Position numbers and translations under genes: made by a program. A stretch of 64,000 nt of DNA from the NCBI GenBank assembly GCA_963746845.1, contig CAVVCZ010000004.1, positions 864,001 to 928,000 on the forward strand. Direction: 5' to 3'. Origin of the DNA: an uncultured Chloroflexia bacterium (lineage in GTDB: Bacteria; Chloroflexota; Limnocylindria; Limnocylindrales; CSP1-4). Under the pieces are notes generated by a model. It was not told the origin of the DNA and did not search any database. It saw only the letters and a list, made by a program, of their open reading frames with translations. The first letter of the stretch is position 1, and every line of letters starts with the position of its first letter. This document shows, piece after piece, positions 19,828 to 30,405 of the stretch.

Positions 19828-22302
19828 TCAGAGCAGGCTGTCCGGGTCCACGTCGACCGACCACGGCGGCTCCAGGCCGCCGTCGAGGAGGGTCCGCGGG
19901 TCCGTGCCGCGCAGCACCAGGTTCCAGCGCCAGCGGTCGGCGCGGCGGGCGATGTAGGCCGGCGCGGGCCCGAGGACCACGACGTCGCTCCGGCGCTCGG
20001 TCGCCCGGTCGCGGAGGCGCACCGCCATCTCGCCGGCCTCGCGCTCGGCCGCGTCGCGGTCCACGAGGCCGACTGTCAGCTTCACGAGGGCCCCGAACGG
20101 CGGTGACCCGAACCGGCGGCGGAGATCGAGCTCGCTGTCGTGGAAGGCCGCGGCGTCGTCGGTCGCGACCGCCTGGATCGCCGGGTGGTCCGGCTGGTAC
20201 GACTGGATGATCGCGAGACCGGGCCGGTCGCCGCGACCGGCCCGGCCCGCCGCCTGGGCGAGGAGCTGGTAGGTCCGCTCCGCCGCCCGCTCGTCGGGCA
20301 GGTTGAGGGCCACGTCCGCGGACACCACGCCGACGAGCGTCACCGCCGGGATGTCCAGCCCCTTCGTCACGAGGCTCGTCCCGACGAGGATGTCCAGCGC
20401 CCCGCCGGAGAACGCGTCGATGACCCGTTCCGCGGCGCCACGGCGCTCCACCACATCGCGATCCAGGCGCCCGACCCGCAGCGCCGGGAACCGCCGTCGG
20501 ACCTCCTCCTCGACGCGTTGCGTGCCGCCGCCGAGGTAGCGGATCCGCGGCGACGAGCAATTCGGGCAGCGCGTCGCGATGGGCGTGGCGCGGCCACAGT
20601 GATGGCAGCGGAGGGTCGTGCCGGCCTGGTGATAGACGAGCGGCCGCTCGCACTCCGGGCAGGTCTGGACGTGACCGCAGTCCCGGCACAGGACCACCGA
20701 CGCGGTCCCGCGGCGGTTGATCGTGAGGATCGCCTGGTCGCCCCCGGCGAGGTCCAGGCCCCGGATCGCCTCGACGAGGCGGCCGGACAGGAGGCCGCGG
20801 TTGCCGGCCTTCAGCTCCTCCCGGAGGTCGACGACCTCGACCCGGGGCCGGGCGCCGGTCGGGCGCGACGGCAGGACCACCCGCCGGTAGCGGCCATCCC
20901 TCGCCCGGCCGATGGACTCGATCGCCGGGGTCGCGCTCCCGAGGACGATCGCCGCGCCGGCCAGCTCCGCGAGCCGGACTGCCGTGTCGCGTGCCTGGAG
21001 CCGTGGCGTGCGATCGCTCTTGTAGGCCGCGTCGTGCTCCTCGTCGACCACGATCAGCCCCACATCCGCCAGCGGCGCGACGACCGCCAGCCGTGTCCCG
21101 ACGACCACGTCGACGTCGCCATTCCGGATGCGCCGCCACTCATCCGCGCGCTCGCCCTCCCCGAGCCCCGAGTGGAGCAGGGCGACGCGGACGTCGAGGT
21201 CCGCACGCAACCGGTCGACCAGGGGCAGGGCCAGGGCGATCTCCGGGACGAGGACCAGGGCGGGCCGGCCCCGCTCGAGCGACGCGACGATTGCCTCGAC
21301 GTAGATCGCGGTCTTCCCGCCGCCGGTGACACCGTCGAGGAGGACGGGCCGTGAGTCGCCCGCGACGACCGCGTCCCGCACGACCGTGACGGCCTCCGCC
21401 TGCGCGTCGGTCAGCACGCTGTCCGGCGGTCGACCGCCGCGCAGCCCGACCGGGCGCGTCGCGAGGGGCCGGCGCGGACGCTCCCGGATGTCGATGTCGA
21501 TCAGCCCGCGTCGCGCGAGGGACGCCAGCGCACCCGTTCCGTGACGATCGCCCAGCGGCGCGCCCGCCAGCCCGGGACCCGCCGGATCCGGCGCGTCCCC
21601 GCGGAGCTCGGCGAGGACGGCGAGCTGACGCGGGCCGAGGGGTCGGCCGTCGACGGCTCTGCCCGCCTCCGCCGCCTCGGCCGCCGCGACGCCCGCCGGC
21701 GTCAGGCGGACCCAGCGTTCGTAGCGCGGACCCGCACCGACGGCGAGCAGCGTCCAGTCGAGCGTCACGAGGTCCCGATCGGCGAGGGTGCGCAGGCGGC
21801 GGATCAACCCGGCCCGGCCCTCCGCGGAGACAAGGTCGCGGACCGGCCGCTGGCCGCGCGCCAGCTGGTCCAGGAGGTCGCGGTCGCCGGCCGCGAGGTC
21901 CGCCGACGCCGCGACGGCCGTCCGCTCGGCGAGCAGCTCCAGCCGCTCGAGCAGCCCGGGCGGCAGCATCGCCCGGATGACGATCGCGGGCGGCGCGAGA
22001 TAGTGGTCGGCGATCCACTCCGCGAGGCGCAGGGACAGGGGCGGGAGGAGCGGTCCGTCGGCTCGGACACGCGAGGCGATCGGCTTGGCGACGATCCCCT
22101 CGGGCGGCGGCGCATCGCCGAGGACGACGGCGACCGCCTGTCGCCGGCCGAACTCGACCAGCACGGCCTCGCCGGCCGCGAGATCGGCGAGCTCGGGCGG
22201 GACGACGTACGTGTAGCGACGGACGCCCGCCCCTCCGGCGGCGTCGATCGCGACCGCGACATGGCGCGCGGCCGACGTCGGGACGTCGAGCAACGCGTCC
22301 AC
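19828..22302 (-). CDS. priA: Primosomal protein N'
   Basis: GVTGGGKT, DEEHD..YK, SATP, four CxxC, KGLD.P.VTLV. Confidence 0.96.
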   Translation of the reverse strand: MDALLDVPTSAARHVAVAIDAAGGAGVRRYTYVVPPELADLAAGEAVLVEFGRRQAVAVVLGDAPPPEGIVAKPIASRVRADGPLLPPLSLRLAEWIADHYLAPPAIVIRAMLPPGLLERLELLAERTAVAASADLAAGDRDLLDQLARGQRPVRDLVSAEGRAGLIRRLRTLADRDLVTLDWTLLAVGAGPRYERWVRLTPAGVAAAEAAEAGRAVDGRPLGPRQLAVLAELRGDAPDPAGPGLAGAPLGDRHGTGALASLARRGLIDIDIRERPRRPLATRPVGLRGGRPPDSVLTDAQAEAVTVVRDAVVAGDSRPVLLDGVTGGGKTAIYVEAIVASLERGRPALVLVPEIALALPLVDRLRADLDVRVALLHSGLGEGERADEWRRIRNGDVDVVVGTRLAVVAPLADVGLIVVDEEHDAAYKSDRTPRLQARDTAVRLAELAGAAIVLGSATPAIESIGRARDGRYRRVVLPSRPTGARPRVEVVDLREELKAGNRGLLSGRLVEAIRGLDLAGGDQAILTINRRGTASVVLCRDCGHVQTCPECERPLVYHQAGTTLRCHHCGRATPIATRCPNCSSPRIRYLGGGTQRVEEEVRRRFPALRVGRLDRDVVERRGAAERVIDAFSGGALDILVGTSLVTKGLDIPAVTLVGVVSADVALNLPDERAAERTYQLLAQAAGRAGRGDRPGLAIIQSYQPDHPAIQAVATDDAAAFHDSELDLRRRFGSPPFGALVKLTVGLVDRDAAEREAGEMAVRLRDRATERRSDVVVLGPAPAYIARRADRWRWNLVLRGTDPRTLLDGGLEPPWSVDVDPDSLL

Positions 22303-22310
22303 GGCTCGCC

Positions 22311-23054
22311 TCAGACGCGGACGCGGCGGTCCGCGTGGATCCGATGCTGCTCGGCGATGATCGCCTCGATCTTGGCGGCGGTCTGCTCGACCTGGTCGGT
22401 CTCGTTGGTCACGACCTCGTCGTAGTCGCCCTGCCGCGCCAGCTCGAGGGCCGCGTTCCGCTGACGCAGCTCGAGCTCGTCGGCGGTCTCGGTCGCCCGC
22501 GCCCGGAGCCGCTCGAAGAGCTCGGTCATCGACGGCGGGATCACGAAGATCAGGAGCGCCTGCGTCACCTGCTCCTTGACGACCTGGGCGCCCTGGACGT
22601 CGATCTTCAGGATCACGTCCTTGCCGGTGGCGAGGGCCGCCCGGACCTGGTCGCGCGGCGAGCCGTACCAGTTGCCGTGGACCTCGTTCGCCTCGAGGAA
22701 GCCGCGCGCCTCGCGGATCCGGAGGAACTCGTCGCGGCTGACGAAGTGGTAGTCCTCGCCGTCGACCTCGCCCGATCGCGGCGCCCGGGTCGTGATGGTC
22801 ACCACGTAATGACGCCGGTCCGCACGGCCGGTCGCCTGCTCGTTGCGGCGCATGGCTTCGATGATCGTGTCCTTGCCGACCCCGGACGGCCCCGAGATGA
22901 TGATCAGCATCGCCCCGGGCGCACCGTCGATCGTGTAGTCCGGCCGGCCCGGATCGTCGGAGACGTGGCCGTCGCCGTCGATCGCGTCGGCCGGCAGCGT
23001 CAGCTCGGGCGTCGCGGCGCGGCGCGGGTCGTCCATGGGCAGCTCCCCGCTCAT
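22311..23054 (-). CDS. gmk: Guanylate kinase
   Basis: SGPSGVGKDT, TTRAPRSGEVDG.DYHF, IDVQGA; ATG overlapping upstream stop. Confidence 0.95.
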   Translation of the reverse strand: MSGELPMDDPRRAATPELTLPADAIDGDGHVSDDPGRPDYTIDGAPGAMLIIISGPSGVGKDTIIEAMRRNEQATGRADRRHYVVTITTRAPRSGEVDGEDYHFVSRDEFLRIREARGFLEANEVHGNWYGSPRDQVRAALATGKDVILKIDVQGAQVVKEQVTQALLIFVIPPSMTELFERLRARATETADELELRQRNAALELARQGDYDEVVTNETDQVEQTAAKIEAIIAEQHRIHADRRVRV

Positions 23055-24037
23055 CGACGGCCGTCCGGTCCGGCGAGGTCGTTCGGGCCGGCGCGGAGCC
23101 CGACGAGGACGCGTTCCAGCTCGTCGGGGAGCGGCGCCTCCGCGCGGATCAGGCTCCCGTCGCTCGGCGAGGTCAGCTGGAGACGCCACGCGTGGAGGAA
23201 CAGGCGCTCGAGTGGCGCTCCGCCGGGTCCGGGTCGCGGGCCCTTGCGCGACGTCCCGGTCCCGTAGACCGGGTCGCCTGCCACGGGATGCCCGATCGCG
23301 TCGAGGTGGACCCGGATCTGGTGCGTCCGTCCGGTCACGAGGTCCAGCTCGAGGAGCGTCCAGCCCGCGTATCGCTCGCGGACCCGGTAGCCGGTCGTCG
23401 AGGCGCGGCCGTCCGGGACGATCGCCATGCGGGTCCGATGCTTCGGGTCGCGCCCGATCGGCGCTTCGATCCGGCCGACCTCGGCGGACACCTCGCCGAG
23501 GACGAGCGCGAGGTACGTCTTCTTGATCCGGCGCGCCTTGAGCTGGGCCATCAGCGAGTGCTGCGCGGCGTCGGTCCGGGCGACCATCAGCAGTCCGCTC
23601 GTGTCGCGGTCGAGACGATGGACGATGCCGGGCCGCTGGACGCCGGCGATGCCCCCGAACCCGCCGGGGCCGGCATGGGCGAGGAGCGCATTGACGAGCG
23701 TGTCGCCGGCGTGACCCGCGGACGGATGGACGACGAGCCCGGCCGGCTTGTCGACGATCAGCAGGTCGGCGTCCTCGTGGACGACGCGGACCGGGATGTC
23801 CGGCGCAGGGGTGAGGTCGAGCGGCTCCGGCTCCGGGACGACGAGCCGCAGCTCCGCGCCGGGGCCGATGACCGCATTCGCCTTCAGCGGCAGTCCGTCG
23901 GCGGTGAGGTTGCCGGCCGAGATCAGCTTCTGCACGTGACTCCGGGACAGGCCGGTGACGTCCGCGACGTACCGATCGACGCGCTGGAGCGCGGCGCCGG
24001 CCGGCACCTCGAGCGTGTGGGTGCCGGGTCCGGTCAT
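23051..24037 (-). CDS. rluD: RluA-family pseudouridine synthase (RluD-like)
   Basis: S4 domain, KPAGLVVHP, HRLDRDTSG, GRTHQIR, LHA. Confidence 0.92.
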   Translation of the reverse strand: MTGPGTHTLEVPAGAALQRVDRYVADVTGLSRSHVQKLISAGNLTADGLPLKANAVIGPGAELRLVVPEPEPLDLTPAPDIPVRVVHEDADLLIVDKPAGLVVHPSAGHAGDTLVNALLAHAGPGGFGGIAGVQRPGIVHRLDRDTSGLLMVARTDAAQHSLMAQLKARRIKKTYLALVLGEVSAEVGRIEAPIGRDPKHRTRMAIVPDGRASTTGYRVRERYAGWTLLELDLVTGRTHQIRVHLDAIGHPVAGDPVYGTGTSRKGPRPGPGGAPLERLFLHAWRLQLTSPSDGSLIRAEAPLPDELERVLVGLRAGPNDLAGPDGRR

Positions 24038-24711
24038 GCCGTGGCCTCGGGTCCGCCCTGCGGCCCGACGGGCACGTCCTCGTCCCAGGGATCCTCCTCG
24101 CCCTCGGCGAGCGGCGTCGTCGGGCGCGGCTTCGGGCGGCCGGCCGTCGCCGACGCGGGGGCGGCGGGTCCCGCTGGGCCTTCGACGAGCGAAGGCCGGA
24201 GCGCGGCGATCAGCAGCAGGAGGATCGACAGGCTGATCGCGGAGTCGGCGATATTGAACGTGTAGAACCGCAGCGAGCCGATGCCGACGTCGACGAAGTC
24301 CACGACGTAGCCGAGGCGCAGCCGGTCGAGCATGTTCCCGACCGCTCCACCGAGGAGCAGCCCGAGCGTCACGGTCAGGTACGGGCTGACGCCGGCCCTC
24401 GCGTGATAGAAGACGATCAGGGCGATGACGGCGAGGGACACGATCCCGAACATCAGGGCGTTGTCCTTGAACAGGCCGAACAGGGCGCCGCTGTTCTGGC
24501 CGAACACGATCCGGACGTAGTCCCCGATCACCTGGATGATCTGGCCCGGGTCGAGGTTCGAGGTGACGGCCGCCTTGGCCAGCTGGTCGAGGATCACGAC
24601 GGCCGCCGCGAGCCCGAAGAAGACGATCCAGCGCGTCCTCGGCCCGAACCAGCCGCGGGCGGCCGGGGTCGCGACCGGCTGGGTCGTCGGGGTGCTCGTC
24701 GACTCGGTCAC
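24034..24711 (-). CDS. lspA: Lipoprotein signal peptidase II
   Basis: LDQLAK, NSGALFG, GGAVGNMLDR, VVDF, FNIAD; GTGA overlap with ileS. Confidence 0.94.
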   Translation of the reverse strand: MTESTSTPTTQPVATPAARGWFGPRTRWIVFFGLAAAVVILDQLAKAAVTSNLDPGQIIQVIGDYVRIVFGQNSGALFGLFKDNALMFGIVSLAVIALIVFYHARAGVSPYLTVTLGLLLGGAVGNMLDRLRLGYVVDFVDVGIGSLRFYTFNIADSAISLSILLLLIAALRPSLVEGPAGPAAPASATAGRPKPRPTTPLAEGEEDPWDEDVPVGPQGGPEATA

Positions 24712-27700
24712 GAGGCAGCTCCAGACACCCGGCGAAGCGCGATCGTCGCCGACCCCGCCGTCAGGTCCACGGTCGCGGTCGCCTCGGCCGCCCCGTCGGG
24801 CGGCGACGACCGATGCGCGACGTCGGCCAGGGTCTCGTCGGCGACGGACGCGAGGTGCGCCGCGACGTCCTCGCCGAGCCCGTCGACCCACAGCTCGATC
24901 CGGTCGTCGAGGGCCAGCCCCGCATCCTTCCGCAGGTCCTGGATCGCCCGCTGGAGCTCCCGCGCGTCGCCCTCGGCGACGAGCTCGGGAGTCAACGTCG
25001 TGTCGATGATCGCGACCAGCCCGTCGTCGTGGGCAACCGCCGTCCCGGGCCGTGGCGTCGCCTGGATCTCGACCTCGTCGGGCCCCAGGGTCTCGCCCTC
25101 GATCGTCACCGAGCCGTCCGGGTGGATCTCGAACCGGCCCTCGCGGGCTGCCGTCATCACGGCCGGGATCATCGACCCGAGCCGCTTGCCGACCCGGGGC
25201 AGCAGGACCTTCACGCCGCGGTCCACGAGCTCGGACTCGTCGCCGATCAGCTCGACCGCCTTCACGTTCGCCTCGTCCCGGATCAGCACCAGCAGGGCGT
25301 CGCGCTCGGCGAGCGTGCCGCCGGGGAGCGCGAGCCACAGCCGCGCCAGCGGCTGGCGGACCTTCAGCCCCGCCTGCCCGCGGAGCGTCCGCGACAGGTC
25401 GACGGCTCGACGCGCCACCGACACGGCCGCCTCGAGCCGCGGATCGCGCAGCGGGGCGATCTCCGCGGCCGGCCACGCGGTCAGGTGGACGCTGTCGGGC
25501 GCCGCGTCATCCACGGCGGTGACGAGGTTCGCGTGGATCGCATCCGCGAGGAACGGCAGGATCGGGGCCACCGTCCGGGCGATCGCCACGAGCGCGGCGT
25601 GGAGGGTCGCGAACGCCGCATCGCGGTCCGCTCCCGTGGCCCGCGACATCCGCCGCCGCGACAGGCGCAGGTACCACGTGGACAGGTCGTCGATGTACGT
25701 GTCGACGACCCGGGTCGCGGCCTCGGCATCGAAGTCGCGGAGGCGAACCTCGACCTCGGCCGCGACCGCCGCCGTCCGCGACAGGATCCAGCGGTCCAGC
25801 GCCGGGCGCTCGGCGACCGGTGGGGCGCCGGCGGCCGGCGTCCAGCCCGCGAGCCGGGCGTAGGTCGCGAAGAACGCGTAGACGTTCCACAGCACGAGGA
25901 GGCCGCGCCGGGCCTCGTCGGCCGCATGCCACCCGAAGAGGATGTTCTCCTCGGGCTTGTGCCGCGCGTACATCCAGCGCATGACGTCGACGCCCATCCG
26001 CTCGGCGGCTTCGTCGAACTCGATGGCGTTGCCCCAGCTCTTGTGCATCGGGCGGCCGTCCTCGCCGAACAGCGTCGCGTACCCGAACAGCGTCCTGAAC
26101 GGCGCCTCGCGGCGGAGCACCGTCGACATCGCGAGCATCGCGTAGAACCAGTTCCGGAACTGGCCCGGGAAGCTCTCGGTGACGAAGTCGACGGGGAACC
26201 ACTTCGCCCAGTACTCGGGATCCTCCCGGAAGTGGATCGTCGAGAACGGGACGATCCCCGCGTCCAGCCACGGGTTGCCGACGTCGGGGATGCGCGCGAC
26301 CGGCTCGCCGCACGACGGGCAGGCGACCTTCACCGCGTCCACGAACGGACGATGCGGCGTGTGCCCTTCGAACTCGTCCCATCCCTCGATCGCCCGTTCC
26401 CGAAGCTCCTCACGTCCGCCGATGACGTCGAACGTCCCGCAGGCGCGGCAGTCGTAGATCGGCAGGGCCAGGCCGTAGTAGCGCTTCTTGGAGATCATCC
26501 AGTCGCGCATGTTCAGCAGCCAGTCGAGCTCGCGCTCGTAGCCGAATGACGGGATCCACCGGATCCCGTCGACGACCTCCATGATCTGGTAGCGAAGGCT
26601 GGCATCGACCTGGGCCTTCGTCAGCGTCTCCCGCGGCTGGTCGTAGACCGCGCCCATGCTGATGTACCACTCGTCGACCAGGCGGAACAACAGCGGCGTG
26701 TCACACCGCCAACAATGCGGGTAGCGATGGCTGTACGCCTCGAGGTGGTAGAAGAACCGCCGCCGCTCGAGGTCGTCGATGATCGCCTCGGTGATCGCGG
26801 GCGCCTCGCGCCCCGCCAGCCAGCCAAACGTCGGGTAGTAGCGCCCGTCCTCGTCGATCGGCCCGATGACCGGGAGCGACAGCGACAGGCCGAGCGCGAA
26901 GTCCTCGGCGCCGCAGCCGGGGGCGATGTGGACGATGCCGGTCCCCTCCTCCTCTCCGACCTCGGACCACGCCACGACGCGGTGCTCGTAGCCGGTCTCG
27001 GCGAACGCGTCGCGCACCGCCGGCAGGTCATCGAACGGACCCGCGTAGCGCCAGCCGACGAGCTCGGAGCCCGCGCGCTCCTCGACGACCCGGAAGTCGC
27101 CCTGGAGCACCTGCTTGAGCGTTCCCCGGCTGAGCCAGAACGCCTCGTCGCCCTGCTGGACCTTGACGTAGCGGAGGTCGGGCCCGACCGCGGCGGCGAC
27201 GTTGGCCGCCAGCGTCCACGGGGTCGTCGTCCAGACGAGCAGCGACTCGCCCGGACGGTCCAGGAGCGGGAGCCGCACGGTGAGCCCGGGGTCCTCGCGG
27301 TCCTGATAGCCCTCGTTCATCTCCATCTGCGACAGGCCGGTGCCGCAGCGCGGGCACCACGGCATCGTGTCGTGCCCGCGGTAGATCCAGCCACGCCGGT
27401 GGCACTCGGCGAGGAAGCCCCAGATGAGGTCGTTGTTCTCGTTGCTGAACGTGAAGTAGCTGCCCCCGACGTCCGGCATCCCGAGCCGCCCCACCACCAT
27501 CTCGGCGGTGTCGGTCAGGGTTCCTTCGGGGCCCTCGATCGTCACCTCGCGGGCCGGGTCGGCCGCGAGCGCGTCGCGCAGGCGGAGGAGCTCCACCGGG
27601 TCGTTCCAGTCCATCCAGTAGCCGAGCCGGATGCTCTGCTCGGTCTGGCGGGCGGCGAACGTGAGCACACGCTGCTTGCACAGGCTCACGAACTCGGCGA

Positions 27701-28037
27701 TCCCGTAGGCCTCGATGTCGCGCTTGCTGGTGAACCCGAGGTCGCGCTCGACGTTGACCTCGACCCACAGGCCCTGGCAGTCGAAGCCGTTCTGGTAGCG
27801 CTGGTCCTCGCCGAGCATCGCGTGGAAGCGCTGGTAGAGATCCTTGTACGTGCGACCCCAGGCGTGATGGACGCCCATCGGGTTGTTGGCGGTGATCGGC
27901 CCGTCGAGGAAGCTCCAGCGCGGGCCGCCGGCGTTCTGCGCGCGGAGCCGGGCGAACGTCCGGCGGTCGCGCCACTCGGCAAGGATCTCGTGCTCCTGGG
28001 CGACGAGGTCGGGCTTCGCGTTGACAGGTCGGAACAT
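24708..28037 (-). CDS. ileS: Isoleucyl-tRNA synthetase, type 2
   Basis: DGPITAN..GVHH, GFDCQGL, WTTTPWTL, GTGIVHIAP, PMHKS; IleRS2-like C-terminus (EGDARE..RAIQDLRK..GL...DRI). Confidence 0.95.
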   Translation of the reverse strand: MFRPVNAKPDLVAQEHEILAEWRDRRTFARLRAQNAGGPRWSFLDGPITANNPMGVHHAWGRTYKDLYQRFHAMLGEDQRYQNGFDCQGLWVEVNVERDLGFTSKRDIEAYGIAEFVSLCKQRVLTFAARQTEQSIRLGYWMDWNDPVELLRLRDALAADPAREVTIEGPEGTLTDTAEMVVGRLGMPDVGGSYFTFSNENNDLIWGFLAECHRRGWIYRGHDTMPWCPRCGTGLSQMEMNEGYQDREDPGLTVRLPLLDRPGESLLVWTTTPWTLAANVAAAVGPDLRYVKVQQGDEAFWLSRGTLKQVLQGDFRVVEERAGSELVGWRYAGPFDDLPAVRDAFAETGYEHRVVAWSEVGEEEGTGIVHIAPGCGAEDFALGLSLSLPVIGPIDEDGRYYPTFGWLAGREAPAITEAIIDDLERRRFFYHLEAYSHRYPHCWRCDTPLLFRLVDEWYISMGAVYDQPRETLTKAQVDASLRYQIMEVVDGIRWIPSFGYERELDWLLNMRDWMISKKRYYGLALPIYDCRACGTFDVIGGREELRERAIEGWDEFEGHTPHRPFVDAVKVACPSCGEPVARIPDVGNPWLDAGIVPFSTIHFREDPEYWAKWFPVDFVTESFPGQFRNWFYAMLAMSTVLRREAPFRTLFGYATLFGEDGRPMHKSWGNAIEFDEAAERMGVDVMRWMYARHKPEENILFGWHAADEARRGLLVLWNVYAFFATYARLAGWTPAAGAPPVAERPALDRWILSRTAAVAAEVEVRLRDFDAEAATRVVDTYIDDLSTWYLRLSRRRMSRATGADRDAAFATLHAALVAIARTVAPILPFLADAIHANLVTAVDDAAPDSVHLTAWPAAEIAPLRDPRLEAAVSVARRAVDLSRTLRGQAGLKVRQPLARLWLALPGGTLAERDALLVLIRDEANVKAVELIGDESELVDRGVKVLLPRVGKRLGSMIPAVMTAAREGRFEIHPDGSVTIEGETLGPDEVEIQATPRPGTAVAHDDGLVAIIDTTLTPELVAEGDARELQRAIQDLRKDAGLALDDRIELWVDGLGEDVAAHLASVADETLADVAHRSSPPDGAAEATATVDLTAGSATIALRRVSGAAS

Positions 28038-28183
28038 CGGGCCTCGGACTGGGGCGGAACCAGGGGTCGGGACGGTGAGCGGCCGATCGGTCGACGGGAG
28101 CCGGCCGGCCACGCCCCAGGGGTCCGGACGGCGCCCGGCGGGTTCCGGCGCCGGTTGCGGGGTGTCCGGGTATCCTACCCGCG

Positions 28184-30013
28184 ATGCAGCGCTCGCAGGA
28201 GTCGCGGCCGCGGGCGAAGTCTCCCTTCGTCGCCGCGTTCCTCTCGCTCCTCTTCCCGGGTCTCGGACATGCCTATGCCGGCGCGTATCAGCGCGCCCTC
28301 GGCTTCGCGGCGCCGCTGGTCCTCGTCATGGCCCTCGTGGCCGGCCTCCTGCTCCGGATGGACGCGCCGCAGCTGATTGCGTTCGTCCTGACCCCGTGGG
28401 TCCTGCCGGGGGTCTTCGTGGTCAACCTCGTCCTGCTGATCTACCGGCTCGTCGCGATCGTCGATGCCTACCGCGTGACGATCTGGCTCAACGCCCTGGC
28501 CGCCAACGCCGGCGGACGCCTGGGCAAACCGCGGCTCGTGTTCCACCCGTTGTCGCTCGCGGGCCTGTTCGCCGTCCTGCTCGTGATGTCCGGCGCCCAC
28601 GTCGTCGTCGCCCGGTACGACCTGCTCGCGCTCGGCGCGCTCAACGATCCGTGCATCTTCGTCAGCGACCAGACGCCGGACACCTGCTCGGCCGATTCGT
28701 CGTCGCCGTCCGGCTCGGGCGCGGGCTCGAGCTCGGCGGGGCCGACCGATGAACCGGCCGACTCGCCGACGCCGACGGACACGCCCCCACCGATCCAGGG
28801 CTCGGACCTGCCGGACGCGACGATCCCGCCGTGGGACGGGACCGACCGCCTGAACATCCTGCTCATCGGCTCGGATCAGCGGCCCGGCGACGGGACCTAC
28901 AACACGGACACGCTGATCGTCGTCTCGATCGACCCGACGACCAAGCAGGTCGCGATGTTCAGCCTCCCGCGCGACTCGACGAACATCCCGCTGCCGCCCG
29001 GACCGTTGTCGAACGCGTATGGCGGCGTCTACGACCGGAAGATCAACTCGCTCTTCACCGCGACCCGCAACCGCGCCGACCTCGTTCCGGGCACGAGCCG
29101 GACGCGCGGCTACAACGCCCTGAAGATGGTCCTCGGCAACCTCTACCACCTCGACATCAAGTACTTCGTCGAGGTGAACTTCACGGGGTTCAAGCGGGTC
29201 GTCGACGCCATGGGCGGCGTGACGATCAACGTCCAGGTCCCGGTCCTCGACGACAACTACCCGAGCGACACGGGGCGGTCGGCGCGGGTCTACATCCCCG
29301 CCGGGATCCAGCACATGACCGGCGCCGAGGCGCTGGTGTACGCCCGGTCGCGGCACGGCTCGGACGATTTCGACCGCGGGGCTCGACAGCAGCGCGTTCT
29401 GACCTCGCTCCGGGAGCAGGCGAACGTGGGCCAGCTGATCCCGCGCATCCCGGACCTGCTCACCGCCCTGAAGTCGACCGTCAAGACGGACATCCCGCAG
29501 GACCAGCTGGCCAAGCTCGCCGGGCTCGCGAGCACCGTGGACACGAAGAACATCCGGTCGTACGTGTTCTCGTATCCGCGCTTCGGCTCGCAGGTCCTCG
29601 CCCCGATCTACAAGTACCTGCCCGACGTCACGAAGATCCGGAGCGCGGTCGCCAACGCGTTCAAGGTCGACCCGCAGCTCGAGGACACGCGGTCGGCGAT
29701 GGCCGACGAGAACGCGTCGATCTGGATCCTCGACGGCAGCGGCCGGGGCCAGGGCGCGAGCATGGTGGGGTATCTCGCCTACTACGGGCTGAGCGCATCC
29801 GCGCCGACCACCAAGCCGAAGACGACCGGCCTCAGCGGGACCCAGATCGTCGTGTACAACGGCGCCGAGACCGACCTGACCGACACGATCGCGTTCCTCG
29901 AGGACACGTTCAAGACGAAGGTCGTCCTGAAGGACGATCCGACGGTGCCCGTGGACATCGTCATCACGACGACGAGCAGCACCAAGACCCTGACGCCGCC
30001 GCCGACCAGCTAG
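28184..30013 (+). CDS. LCP (LytR-CpsA-Psr) family protein with N-terminal TMs and LytR_C domain
   Basis: NILLIGSD.R, TDTLIVVS, SLPRD, YARSRH..DDFDRGARQQ. Confidence 0.92.
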   Translation: MQRSQESRPRAKSPFVAAFLSLLFPGLGHAYAGAYQRALGFAAPLVLVMALVAGLLLRMDAPQLIAFVLTPWVLPGVFVVNLVLLIYRLVAIVDAYRVTIWLNALAANAGGRLGKPRLVFHPLSLAGLFAVLLVMSGAHVVVARYDLLALGALNDPCIFVSDQTPDTCSADSSSPSGSGAGSSSAGPTDEPADSPTPTDTPPPIQGSDLPDATIPPWDGTDRLNILLIGSDQRPGDGTYNTDTLIVVSIDPTTKQVAMFSLPRDSTNIPLPPGPLSNAYGGVYDRKINSLFTATRNRADLVPGTSRTRGYNALKMVLGNLYHLDIKYFVEVNFTGFKRVVDAMGGVTINVQVPVLDDNYPSDTGRSARVYIPAGIQHMTGAEALVYARSRHGSDDFDRGARQQRVLTSLREQANVGQLIPRIPDLLTALKSTVKTDIPQDQLAKLAGLASTVDTKNIRSYVFSYPRFGSQVLAPIYKYLPDVTKIRSAVANAFKVDPQLEDTRSAMADENASIWILDGSGRGQGASMVGYLAYYGLSASAPTTKPKTTGLSGTQIVVYNGAETDLTDTIAFLEDTFKTKVVLKDDPTVPVDIVITTTSSTKTLTPPPTS

Positions 30014-30329
30014 GGCGCCCCTTCGCGCGCGGCTCGCCCGCGCCGGACGGCGCTCTCTGCCGGCCGGGCAGCGTGACCCGACCTCGCCCCTACCTGGCCA
30101 TTCGTGCACCCAAGGCCCGTTAGGCGAGCTGGCGACGGGTCAGCGGCTCCTCGATCGGCCGGCGTCAGTCACGGACGGCTGACTCAGGGTCTAGCTGCGG
30201 CATCGAGGGGCTCGCTGAGTGCTCCAGCGGTCCCCTGGTGCAGATCTGATCAGTTTGGAGCCGTCAGCGTCGGGCTCGTAGCCACGGCGCGTGTCGCGAC
30301 CGGCGCCATCGAGCGACTCAGCGCCATGT

Positions 30330-30357
30330 TCGCAATGTGTCCGGCAATGTCACCGGG
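30330..30357. repeat. Inter-gene 28-bp motif, copy A
   Basis: TCGCAATGTGT-CCGGCA-ATGTCACCGGG. Confidence 0.65.
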
Positions 30358-30405
30358 TGAAATGGCGCCCGACCAGGGATGTCGCGCCGCCCACCAGCTG
30401 TGGGT

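Noticed and set aside
28038-28183. T-box riboswitch upstream of ileS
   Set aside because: Short divergent gap with only GC hairpins; no T-box antiterminator consensus
30084-30125. attC-like hairpin (GCCTAAC...GGTAGGG on minus strand)
   Set aside because: About 40 bp, too short; imperfect GTT core; single copy; no intI in the window
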